Assembly (NCBI GenBank): GCA_963725095.1
Contig: CAVRXJ010000007.1
Span: 107,287 to 171,286 of the forward strand
Direction: 5' to 3'
DNA from: an uncultured Acidobacteriota bacterium
GTDB lineage: Bacteria > Acidobacteriota > Thermoanaerobaculia > UBA5066 > Gp7-AA6
DNA length: 64,000 bases
Shown: positions 52,160 through 61,517 of the stretch, piece after piece
How positions within the stretch are numbered: position 1 is the first letter of the stretch
Layout: the number at the start of each line of letters is the position of its first letter
Position numbers and translations under genes: made by a program
The notes under the pieces: model-generated
The model's input: the letters and a program-made list of their open reading frames with translations, nothing else
Told to the model about the DNA's origin: nothing
Database searches by the model: none

Positions 52160-53433
52160 GCCGCGGCTCCCCGGCGCGCGAAGTGCGCGGCGCCGAGCGC
52201 CCCCGTGTAGATGCTGTCGGCCGAGATGTTGATCGTGCGCTTCCCGTAGTTCTCGGCGACGAGCCCTTCGAGGGCCCGGACGGCAGCCGGGTTGCGCGCC
52301 ACGCCGCCCGTGAAGGTGAACTCGTCCGAGATCCCGCCCGAGCGCGCGAGCAGGCTCATCGCGCGCAGGATCACCGCGCGGTGAAGCCCCGCCAGGATGT
52401 CCTCGCGCTTCTCGCCGAGCGAAAGGCGCTCGCGCAGCTCTGCCCCCGCGAACACGGTGCAGGTGGAGCTGATCTTGACGGGGCGGCGGCTCGTCAAGGC
52501 GAGCGGCCCCAGCTCGTGCAGCCCCATGTTCATTTCGTCGGCGATGTAGCCGAGGTAGCGGCCGCAGCCGGCGGCGCACCGGTCGTTCATCTGAAAGCTG
52601 GTGACGATTCCCTGCGGGTCGACCTGGATCGCCTTGGTGTCCTGGCCGCCGATGTCGAGGACCGTCCGCGTGCTCGGGAAGAGGATGTGGGCCCCGAGGC
52701 CGTGGCAGAGGATCTCGGAGCGGATCTGCTCCTTGGGAAACGGCAGGCGCGCCCGGCCATATCCCGTGCCGACCGTGGCGCCAACCGGAAGCTCCGCCCC
52801 GACGGCCGCCTCGACGGCGGCCCGCACGGGGCTCTGCCCGCCCGCGCGCGAGAGGGCCTTGCCGATGTGCTCGCGAAAGCCGAGCTCCAGGGGCTCGTTC
52901 TCGACCCGGACGATGCACTTGTCGTAGAGGCCGATGAGCAGGTCGAAGGTGACGCCGCCCTCCTCCGCGAGCTCCTCGGCCAGGCGCGCGTACGCCGAGC
53001 CGGCCGCGTCACGGAAAAAGTCGGACCGCGCGGGCGGATCCGGGTCCGCGAAGCGCAGCTCCTCCTCGGCCGCGAAGCGCCGGAAGATCTCGCCGACCGA
53101 TTCGCCCGCCGCCCGGCGAAGGCCGGGGGCAACGCTCCGGCCGACTTCCTCCGCGATGCCCGCCTCGAGGCTCGCCAGCTGCACGAGCATCTGCTCGAGA
53201 CGAAAGGCGGCGAGGAGCCGCGACAGCGCTGCGCCACCCGCCGTCCTCTCGACCTCCCGCTGCAGGAGCCGGAAGCGCGCCGACACGAACGCCTCCGTGC
53301 GGGCCAGCTCGGCCGCCAGGTCGTAGTTCGAGCGCGAGTTCGTGATCCCCCGGCCCAGGACCTCTCCGCCCTCGTCCAGGACGACCGCCTTCGTGGTCGT
53401 CGAGCCGAGGTCGATGCCGACAAAGCAGTTCAC
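52156..53433 (-). CDS. bcrA: Benzoyl-CoA reductase subunit A
   Basis: FVGIDLGSTTTK, GITNSRSNY, IRSEILCHGLGAH, MNDRCAAGCGRY, SSTCTVFA. Confidence 0.93.
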   Translation of the reverse strand: MNCFVGIDLGSTTTKAVVLDEGGEVLGRGITNSRSNYDLAAELARTEAFVSARFRLLQREVERTAGGAALSRLLAAFRLEQMLVQLASLEAGIAEEVGRSVAPGLRRAAGESVGEIFRRFAAEEELRFADPDPPARSDFFRDAAGSAYARLAEELAEEGGVTFDLLIGLYDKCIVRVENEPLELGFREHIGKALSRAGGQSPVRAAVEAAVGAELPVGATVGTGYGRARLPFPKEQIRSEILCHGLGAHILFPSTRTVLDIGGQDTKAIQVDPQGIVTSFQMNDRCAAGCGRYLGYIADEMNMGLHELGPLALTSRRPVKISSTCTVFAGAELRERLSLGEKREDILAGLHRAVILRAMSLLARSGGISDEFTFTGGVARNPAAVRALEGLVAENYGKRTINISADSIYTGALGAAHFARRGAAA

Positions 53434-54713
53434 GCCGGCGCTCCCGCGCCCTGCGCGCCGGGCCTCGAGCATCTGGAAGTAGCTCTCCAGCCGGTTCTTC
53501 AGGTTCGCTGCCGAGAAGTAGCGCGCGTCGACGAGATCCGACTCGATGAAGGCTCCCGGCACGCCCGTCCGCCGCTCGACCTCGCGCAGGATCGGGAGCT
53601 GCCCCGCCGAGAACGAGTTGCACGACTTGACGGAGTGGATGAGGAAGCCGTCGGCCCGATATTCCTTCACGTAGGCCTCGAGCATCGCGACGCGCGAAGG
53701 CAGGTTCAGGTTCGTGTAGCAGCCGCTGCAGTAGTCGGCGAGCGTTCCGAGCGGATCGGCCGGGTCGTGGCGGAAGCCGAAGTCGTAGGTGCCGCCGACC
53801 TTGGAGTAGGTCGAAGCGACGGCCACCGCGCCCTCGTCGGCGAACATCCTCCAGAACTCGCGGAAGTGCGTCCAGTTGGGCGGCCCCTCGACGACGAGGC
53901 GGTACTTCTGGCGGTCGAGGCGTCCGGCGGGCGTTACGGGCCCCTCGCCGCGGGCGGCCCGCTCCTCGACCTCCTCGCGCAGCGCCCGGTAGTAGGCGGC
54001 CCCCTCGGGCGTCCCGCGGAACGCGGAGAAGATCGGCCCGACGTAGTAGACGGCGCCGAAGTAGGCGTCGATCGGGGATAGGCGTCTTCTTCGCCGACTG
54101 CAGGACCGCCACGAGGTCATCCTCGGCGGCCGCGGAGAGCGCGAGGCTCTCGCGCAGCTTCTCTTCGTCGTAGCGCCGGCCGGTGGCCTTCTCGAGGGCC
54201 GGGATCAGGGTCTCGCGGATCTGCCGGGCGACGTAGGCGCGCTGCGCCGGCGTCTGCCTCCCGTCCCCCTGGTAGGGAACCTGCAGGAACACCGTCGGGC
54301 AGCCGTACTCCTCGCGCAGGAGCTCGAACCACTTCATGAAGGTGTAGCAGCCGGTGTAGGAGAGCAGCAGCAGGTCGGGCTTCGGCAGCCGCGTGCCGGT
54401 CGGACCGATGTTGCCGGCCTTCGACATCCCGATGTCGCACTTGACGTAGGAGCAGACGTCCTCCGAGTGGCCCGCCTTCTCCGCCGCCGCGATGTAGGCC
54501 TGGCTCTTGCCGCGCATCGCCGACTGCAGCGCGTTGATCTCGGGCAGCACGGGCAGCGCGCCGAAGGAGCGCACCAGCTCCGTCAGGTTACCCGGAACGA
54601 ACGTGTAGACGACCGGCTCGCCCGTCTCCGGGGCCGCTTCGAGCCGCCGGAAATGCTCCGCCAGCATCTCCTTCTGCAGCTCCATCGATCGGTCCTTCTC
54701 GACGTCGGACCAT
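53430..54713 (-). CDS. bcrB: Benzoyl-CoA reductase subunit B (frameshifted)
   Basis: TFVPGNL, HSEDVCSYVKCDIG, SYTGC, EGPPNW, CYTNL, SVKSCNSFSAGQ. Confidence 0.92.
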
Positions 54714-55891
54714 CAGACGCCTCCCCAGAGCTTGATCGAGTCGGCGAAGGTCCCCGCCTGCTCGCGGAACTGCTGGAACTGCCCGGTGTTCTCGGCGAAC
54801 TGGAAGGCGATGCAGGGGATGCCCGCCTCCTCGGCGCCCGCCCGCAGCATCGGCCGGTCGAGCAGCGCCGGATCGCAGAAGCTCGCCGCGGCGAAGATGA
54901 CGCCGTCCGCCTGCGCGGCGGCGACCCGCTCCCGGAGCAGGCGGCGCTTGCCCTCCGGATCCCCTTCGTAGAGCGTCGAGGTCTTCACGCGCGTGGCGGA
55001 CGAAGGCGCGCGCGAGGTTCTCGAGCGGATCGCCCTCCAGCGGGACGTCCGCACCGATCATCCGGTTGCCGAGCAGGAAGTCGTCGTCCACGATGAAGCA
55101 GCCGGCCCTCTCGATCGTCTTGATCAGGCCGAGCGGCGGCTGCTCGCAGAAGGCGCCCGACGACGATGACGCGGGCCCGGTCCCGCACGCGCGCCAGGCT
55201 CGTCTCCGGTGGCGGCCAGGTAGGCGCGCGCTTGCGTCGACGAACGTCCTCGAGCGGCACGACCTCGCCGGCGCGCATCAGCAGGTAGAGCTCCTCGGTC
55301 GGCACGCGCCACGGCGTCTCGCGGCGGACGCGGTAGAGCTCCCGCACGAGCGCGGCGCGCCTCGTTGTAGACGGCGATCGCCTCGCGCAGGCTCTCGGGC
55401 GTCGCGGGCGAGCCCGAGACCTCGGAGAGGTCGCGCCGCGAGCACCTCGAGCTCCTCCCGCCAGAACGCCGCCGCGAGGTCCGACGTCCGGCACCTGCGG
55501 CAGGTCGAGGTAGCGAACGTAGGTCTTCGGGTACGCGCAGCTGCCAGACTCCCGAGAGGTTGCGGATGACGTCGCAGGTCGCCGGAAAGAGCATCGCCGA
55601 CAGGAAGGCGAGGCGGCCGCGACTCCGCCAGCTCGACGACCGAGCGCGGGAGGTGGCAGATGTAGGACTGGTAGAAGGCGTCGCCGCGGATGATCTCGAG
55701 GCGATCGCCGCCGCCGTGGATGCCGACCGGAAGCATCCCGGCCGCGCGAATGACCTCGCGCGGGGCGTAGACGGGCAGGTAGCCGGCGGCCTTCCGGCCG
55801 GGGGCCTCCGTCGAGCCAGCGGCGGGCCTGCGTGAACTCGAGGTCGTCGCTGACGTTCGGCGCCCAGTCGACGATCTCGCGTCCGCGTCAT
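54713..55891 (-). CDS. bcrC: Benzoyl-CoA reductase subunit C (many frameshifts)
   Basis: GDAFYQSYICHLPRS, CDVIRNLSG, FCEQPP, SFCDPALLD, FREQAGTFADSIKLW. Confidence 0.92.
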
Positions 55892-56665
55892 GCGTCGCTC
55901 CAGACGGGCTGGCGTCGCTCGAGGAAGGCGGTCAGGCCCTCGACCGGGTCCCGGTGCGCCATCAGGTCCTCGAGATAGAGCCTCTCGAGCTCGGGCAGAT
56001 CGACCGCGAGCGACCGCGCGAGCAGCCTGCGCGACGCTTTCCACGCGATCCGGACGGCGACGGCGGACTTTCCCGCCAGCGCTCGTCGAACCACTCTAGG
56101 AGCAGCGCGGCGGCCACGTCGTTCGTGCATCGGTCGGCGAGACCCCAGGCCACCGCGCCCTGCGCGTCGTAGGTATCGCCCGAAAGGATGATCTGCGTGG
56201 CGCGAGCCCCCGACACACGCCAGGGCAGGGCGATCGCCGCGACCGGCGGAAACACGCCGAGCTTGGTCTCCGGCACGCCGAACCGCGCCGACGGCTCGCA
56301 GAGGATCAATCCGCACCAGAGCGCCAGCTCGAACGCCCCGCCCAGACACTGCCCGCGCACCAGAGCGGCCGTCGGCACGCCGAGCGCCTCGAGATCGCGA
56401 AAGAGGCCGTGAAAGGCGGAGCAGCAGCTCCACCCACATGTCCCGGCAGATGCTCGCCGACGGAGGCTCCGAAGCTGAAATGCTCCCCCGCGCCCTCGAA
56501 GACGACGAGCTTCACGGGCCCCGGATGCGCGCGGAGATCTCCGCCAGCCGCGCGCGAATCGCCGTGATCATTTCGAGGTCGAGCACGTTGCCCTTGGGCC
56601 GGTCGAGCAGGATCCGCTGGATCTGGCCCCCGCGTTCTGCGACTGCATCGGATCGGAGTCGTCAC
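55888..56665 (-). CDS. dch: Cyclohexa-1,5-diene-1-carbonyl-CoA hydratase (frameshifted)
   Basis: Crotonase fold RPKGNVLD, HFSFGASV.EH, GQCLGG..EL, PETKLGVFPP; directly upstream of bcrC. Confidence 0.85.
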
Positions 56666-57763
56666 GCAGCCTCCTTTCCCGGCACGAGCACCGATGCGCC
56701 GGTCGACCCGATGCGCGCGGACCTCCTCGAGGACCGCCGCGACGTCGGATAGCGGACGCAGGATGGCGTGCGACACGACGTCGATGCGGCCGGCGAGCAC
56801 CTTTTCGAGCAGCGCCGGGTAGAGCCCGGGCGCGCAGCCCCAGTTCCCGAGCGCCCGGGCGTCGAACGCCATCAGGTTCGAGAGCCGCAGCGACGCCGCC
56901 TCGAGCGTGAAGCCGACGACCGACAGCGTCGCGCCGTAGCCGAGCAAGGCCCAGGCCGTCTGCTGTCCGGCGACTGTTCCCGAGCATTCGAAAATGGACC
57001 AACCCGTATCGGGCGCGCCGGCCGACTGCGCAAATTCGGCGATCCGGGCGCGCAGCTCCTTGCCCGGCAGGGTCCGCGGATCGAGGGAAAGGCCCACTCC
57101 CATCGCGGGAGCCGCTCCGAGGCGCCGGGCGTCGACGTCGAGACCCACGACCGCCGCGCCCACGTCGGCCGCGACCTGCGCGGCGAAGGTCCCGACGCCC
57201 CCGAGGCCGACGACGATCGCGAGGCTCCCCGGGAGAGGCCCGAGCGCTGGACGGCCTGGAAGGCCGTCGAGACGGCGTCGGCGACGACGGCGAGGTGCCG
57301 CAGCGTCAACCCGCTCGACGCGTGGAGCGGCGCGTCCGGGTCCTCCCCCGCCCCCGGCACCGCGCACAGGAACCGCCCCGGCAGCACGACGCGCGTCGCA
57401 AAGCCGCCGTCGCGGTCGTTGCCCGGCATGATCTGCGACCGGCAGATCGTTTCCCGGCCGGAGCGGCACAGCGCGCACTCCCCGCACGGCAGCACGGCGG
57501 GCACGACGACGGCGCGCCCGACGAGCGCCGCTGTGTCGCGACCCGGCGTCTTCGACGTGGCCGCTGATCTCGTGGCCGAGGATCAGGGGCGGCGGATGCC
57601 GTGTGCGAACCCCATCGTGGAGGAAACCGACGTCGGTGTGGCAGACGCCGCAGCCAGCGACTCGGATCAGCACGTCGTCGGCCGAGAGACGCGCGACGTC
57701 CCGCGAGACCGGGCGCAACGGCGCGCCCGCCTCCACCATCTCCCAGCCGGCGATCGTCGCCAC
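56662..57763 (-). CDS. had: 6-hydroxycyclohex-1-ene-1-carbonyl-CoA dehydrogenase (frameshifted)
   Basis: Zn-ADH GCGVCHTD, GHEISG, CGECALC, MPGNDRDGGFA, RLSNLMAFDARALGNWGC. Confidence 0.88.
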
Positions 57764-57767
57764 GGTC

Positions 57768-58514
57768 CTATGCCCCCATGGCCTGCCCGCCGTCGACGGC
57801 GAGTGCCTGACCCGTGACGTGCGCCGCACCGGGGCCGGCGAAGAACGCCACCGCCTCGGCGACGTCCTCGGGCCGCGCCACGCGGCCCATCGGCGTCTCC
57901 GCGATCGCCCGTCGCCGGACCTCCTTCGGCAGAGAGGCCGTCATGGCCGTGTCGTGAACCCGGGCTCGACGAGGTTGACGGTCACACCGCTCCGCGCGAG
58001 CTCTTTCGCTGCGGAACGGGCGAGCCCGAGCAGGCCCGCCTTGGCCGCGGCGTAGTTCGCCTGGCCGAACTTGCCGCGCCGGCCGTTGATCGACGAGACG
58101 ATCACGACGCGCCCCGAGCGTTGCCGGCGGAACGCCGGCGCCGCGGCGCGTAGATAGTGGGCGGCTCCGGACAGATCGACCGCAACGACCCGATCCCACT
58201 GCGCGTCCGTCATCTTCCAGAGCACCGCGTCCTGGCAGATCCCCGCGGCCACGACCAGCAGGTCCAGGCGCCCGCGCCTGGCAACGAGGTCCGCAACGGT
58301 CCGGCGCGCCGCGGCGGCGTCCGAGACGTCGACGCCGTACAGGTCGGCCGAAGCGAAGCGTTCTCCGAAGTCGCGCGAGGCGCCGGGCGTCCGCGTCGGC
58401 AATCGCCACGAGCGCCCCCGCCGCCGCGAGCCGGCGGGCGCAGGCGAGACCGATCCCGCCTGCCCCTCCCGTGACGAGCGCGACCCGGCCGGAGAGCTCG
58501 CGTTGCCTCGTCAC
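57768..58514 (-). CDS. Short-chain dehydrogenase/reductase, FabG-like (frameshifted)
   Basis: VTGGAGGIG, SSING, YAAAK, VTGQ..VDGG. Confidence 0.85.
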   Translation of the reverse strand: MTRQRELSGRVALVTGGAGGIGLACARRLAAAGALVAIADADARRLARLRRTLRFGRPVRRRRLGRRRGAPDRCGPRCQARAPGPAGRGRGDLPGRGALEDDGRAVGSGRCGRSVRSRPLSTRRGAGVPPATLGARRDRLVDQRPARQVRPGELRRGQGGPARARPFRSERARAERCDRQPRRARVHDTAMTASLPKEVRRRAIAETPMGRVARPEDVAEAVAFFAGPGAAHVTGQALAVDGGQAMGA

Positions 58515-59569
58515 TCGAACGCGGCTCCGCAGAGGCCGCAGTGCGTGAAGGAGGCGGGCAACCCCGCGCCGCCGCACTTGCCGCACGAGCGAACGTGCGC
58601 CCCCCAGGGCGTCTCGGGCGAGCCTCCCGGCTCGACGGCGCGCCGGCGCACCGAAGCGAAATCGACCGGACGCTTCTCGGCGAAAGCGCGCATCCCCTCG
58701 AACGGCTCGTAGTCGGTGTAGTGGAGCGCGAGCCAGTCCTGCGCGTGCCGCACGGTCAGGGCCCACGAGAAGTCCTTCCAGAAGTTTGCCTGCTGCTTCG
58801 TGTAGCGCACACATTCCGGGAACGTGCGCAGCAGCTCCTGCGCCAGCCGGTCCACCTCCTCATCGAGGCGGGACAGGTCGATCGTGAACCCGTCCACCCC
58901 CTTCTGTGCCTTCTCGATCTGCTCCCCCGTGGCGTTCTCGAGGAACGAGCCGCCTCGCTTGACCGACGGAGCAACGCGGTTGACGAGTCCCCACTCCAGG
59001 GCGAGCCGCGCCGGAATGGGCCGGTTGGTGAAAAGCATCTCGCGCGCCCGCTTGTCTCCCACCGTGATCGGAAGCCATTGCGTGGCGCCACCACAGGCGA
59101 CCGAGCCGACGCGGACGCCGACCTGCCCGACGGAGGCATGTTCGGCCATCACGGCGAGATCGCACGCCAGCACAGACTCGTTGCCTCCGCCGACGGCGAC
59201 ACCGTTGATGCGCGCTACGACGGGCTTGCCGGTCGAGAGGATCGCGTCGATGTAGGCGCGGAAGAGGGCCATGTACTTCCAGTAGTCACGCGGCGCACCG
59301 ATGTAGGTTTCGGCGTACTCCTTGACGTCCCCTCCGGTGCAGAACGCCCGGTCGCCGGCCCCGGTCAGGACGATGACGCCAACCGAATCGTCGAAGGACG
59401 CGTCCTTGAGCGCCGACGCCAACTCCTCCAGACACGCCGTCGAGTAGGCGTTGTAGCGGAAAGGGCGGTTGATCGTGATCCGGGCGACGCCAGACCGCTT
59501 TTCATACAGGATCTCGCGGAACGAGAAGCTCTCGCCGGGGCGGGGCTCGAAGGCGGGAGGCCGACTCAT
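58511..59569 (-). CDS. oah: 6-oxocyclohex-1-ene-1-carbonyl-CoA hydrolase
   Basis: YNAYST, AFCTGGDVKEYAE.Y, GGGNE, GGATQWLP, C-terminal CGKC..CGLC; first gene of the bcr operon. Confidence 0.85.
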   Translation of the reverse strand: MSRPPAFEPRPGESFSFREILYEKRSGVARITINRPFRYNAYSTACLEELASALKDASFDDSVGVIVLTGAGDRAFCTGGDVKEYAETYIGAPRDYWKYMALFRAYIDAILSTGKPVVARINGVAVGGGNESVLACDLAVMAEHASVGQVGVRVGSVACGGATQWLPITVGDKRAREMLFTNRPIPARLALEWGLVNRVAPSVKRGGSFLENATGEQIEKAQKGVDGFTIDLSRLDEEVDRLAQELLRTFPECVRYTKQQANFWKDFSWALTVRHAQDWLALHYTDYEPFEGMRAFAEKRPVDFASVRRRAVEPGGSPETPWGAHVRSCGKCGGAGLPASFTHCGLCGAAFE

Positions 59570-59604
59570 CGAAACCAACCTAGCCCCCCGGGTCGGCCGA
59601 GGAC

Positions 59605-59618
59605 ATGACGGGCGTCAT
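59605..59618. promoter_or_regulatory. Motif B site (minus strand ATGACGCCCGTCAT)
   Basis: Exact reverse complement of 30550 and 37436; centred 42.5 bp upstream of the oah ATG, with a TAGGTT -10. Confidence 0.75.
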
Positions 59619-59653
59619 GCCGCAATGAGAACGCCGGCGCGCCATCACCGTCC

Positions 59654-59669
59654 TGATGCAATCGCCTCA
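59654..59669. promoter_or_regulatory. Motif A site (TGATGCAATCGCCTCA)
   Basis: One mismatch from the 61464 copy. Confidence 0.65.
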
Positions 59670-59745
59670 GATCGCGGGTCTCGGCAAACGACCCCGGGTG
59701 GCGGCAAGGGACGCCTCAGGCCAGCGAGCGCCCGGCGGATGAAAA

Positions 59746-59761
59746 TGATGCGTTCGGATCA
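59746..59761. promoter_or_regulatory. Motif A site (TGATGCGTTCGGATCA)
   Basis: Upstream of the Cys-rich hypothetical gene. Confidence 0.6.
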
Positions 59762-59787
59762 GGCTCGCCATCCCACTGAGGACGAGA

Positions 59788-60219
59788 GTGATTCGCATGG
59801 GGACCGGCAGCGGCGGCTCAGGGCCTGAAACGGGCGAAAGGATGGAAAGTCTGTCCCGTCCGAAGGCGCTCGAACGGATCCGGGAAAAGCTCACCATGAT
59901 GACCGATGAGGAGCACTGCATGTGCTCGGTCGCGGGACGCTTCGGCATCTTCTGCGGCGGCTTCCGCAACCTCTCGGACGCGGAGCTTCGACGTCGGTTC
60001 GATTGGATCGCCCTCCGCCGTCCGCAGGCCTCTCGCCAGGAACTCGAAAAGCTGATCAGCCTGTATCACGTCGGTCGCCAGCAGGTCGCCGGCGCCGCCC
60101 TGTGCTGCGACGTCGAGACGCGGGAACACTGCGCCTGCGACGGATGGAACGCCTTCGACAACCGCGCGCTCGAAAAGCTGTGCCTCGAGCTGACGGGCCG
60201 GCCCATTCGCATCGATTGA
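59788..60219 (+). CDS. Cys-rich hypothetical protein, paralogue of 15559-16062 (start may be 59797 or 59842)
   Basis: EHCMC, GIFCGGF, CCD, CACDGW, LCLELTGRPIRI. Confidence 0.8.
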   Translation: MIRMGTGSGGSGPETGERMESLSRPKALERIREKLTMMTDEEHCMCSVAGRFGIFCGGFRNLSDAELRRRFDWIALRRPQASRQELEKLISLYHVGRQQVAGAALCCDVETREHCACDGWNAFDNRALEKLCLELTGRPIRID

Positions 60220-60253
60220 CGCCCCTCCCGGAACTGCCGCGCCACGGCGGGCG

Positions 60254-60916
60254 CTAGATCAGGTGGTGCTGGTAGGCGAAGACCACGGCCGCGAGCTTGG
60301 TGTGGACGTCGAGCTTGTGCAGGATGTTCTGGATGTGGTTGCGCACCGTCACGGGCGCGATGAAGAGCCGCTTGGCGATCGCCCCCGTCGTCAGACCCTC
60401 GGATAGGCACCGGAGGATCTCCTTCTCACGCGCGGTGAGCTCGACTGGTTGACCCTCGGACGTGGTCATCGGCCAGAGGGGCTCTCGCGCGTCCGCCTCG
60501 CCGGCGAGATGCCGCTCGAGCGGGGAAGGCTTCTGTTTTTCCTCGCGCAACACGTGGACAACCGTGGAAAGGGCCGGATGGTACGAGGGGATCGAGAACA
60601 GCGAGACCTCGAACCACCTGTGTCCCTGTTTGCCGATCTCGATCGACAGCGGAAACCGCCGCACGGGGTCCTTGGGCGTCTCGCGCGCCTGATGGGCGAC
60701 CGGGCAGTTGCGGAAGCAATAGACGTTTCCCTGGCTATCCCGGCCGCCGAGGACGTCGTAGCAGTGCTTTCCGAGCACGCTGCGCGCCGGGCGCTGGAGC
60801 AGCGCCTCGATCTTCTTGTTCCAGAGGATGATCCGATCCGCAGAGTCGATCGCGAAGACCGCCTCGTCGCTGCGGGCAATCCGGTCGAGTGCGTCGGAGG
60901 CGTTGGGCACGGCCAT
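60254..60916 (-). CDS. PAS-domain LuxR-family one-component regulator
   Basis: EAVFAID..RIILWN..VLGKHCY; CFRNCP; HTH LTAREKEILRCLSEG..IAKRLFIAPVTVRNH. Confidence 0.92.
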   Translation of the reverse strand: MAVPNASDALDRIARSDEAVFAIDSADRIILWNKKIEALLQRPARSVLGKHCYDVLGGRDSQGNVYCFRNCPVAHQARETPKDPVRRFPLSIEIGKQGHRWFEVSLFSIPSYHPALSTVVHVLREEKQKPSPLERHLAGEADAREPLWPMTTSEGQPVELTAREKEILRCLSEGLTTGAIAKRLFIAPVTVRNHIQNILHKLDVHTKLAAVVFAYQHHLI

Positions 60917-60987
60917 CCTCACAACGTTAGCACCGCTGCCCCGGCGCGGCAAACCGCCAGACGGGTCTTTGCTGTGTCGGAGGGCTT

Positions 60988-61425
60988 CTAGGCCGATTTC
61001 CGGCGGCGCGGGGGGCGCACCACCGCCACGGGACGGCGGGAGACGTAGACAAGCCGCAGGGCGACGCCGCCCAGGACCCACTCCGTCAGGGAGTCCCGGC
61101 CCTCGCTTCCGACGACGACCAGGTCCGCCTTGAGCCGATCGGCCTCCCGGGAGATGGTCTCCGGAACGGGGGCGGTCGATCGCGGAGAAACCAGATGAAA
61201 AGCCATACGAACCGGCTGCCCATGCATCCGGCGCGCGGCCAACTCGAGAATCCTTTCGGCACGCCGCCGGAGCCGATCGGGCTTTTCGTCCGCATGTCCC
61301 GGAGCGGGTCGAGCAACAGTCAATACGATCAACTCCCCGCCCGGGGAGCCTGCCACCAGCCGTGCCGCGAACCGAAGCGCCGCGATCCCACCGCGAGAGC
61401 CATCCGTTGCCGCCAGAATCCGCAT
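60988..61425 (-). CDS. Universal stress protein
   Basis: RILAATDGS, ADLVVVGSEGR..LGGVA..PVAVV. Confidence 0.92.
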   Translation of the reverse strand: MRILAATDGSRGGIAALRFAARLVAGSPGGELIVLTVARPAPGHADEKPDRLRRRAERILELAARRMHGQPVRMAFHLVSPRSTAPVPETISREADRLKADLVVVGSEGRDSLTEWVLGGVALRLVYVSRRPVAVVRPPRRRKSA

Positions 61426-61463
61426 CGCAGAGAGAAGTTAATGCCGGAGACGGAGTGTCCAAA

Positions 61464-61479
61464 TGATGCAATCGCATCA
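61464..61479. promoter_or_regulatory. Motif A site (TGATGCAATCGCATCA)
   Basis: Near-perfect palindrome centred 46.5 bp from both divergent ATGs (61425 and 61518). Confidence 0.75.
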
Positions 61480-61517
61480 AAAGCGTGCAGCACGGCCCGC
61501 GCAGACTCGAATCCGTC

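Noticed and set aside
52156-54120. BcrB-BcrA fusion
   Set aside because: A GTGA overlap at 53430-53433 matches the other junctions in the operon, so one indel is the simpler explanation. Raw reads would settle it.
442-58514. Mass pseudogenisation or programmed frameshifting
   Set aside because: Single-base indels hit unrelated genes while catalytic motifs stay intact and no slippery-site pattern recurs, which is typical of unpolished long reads.
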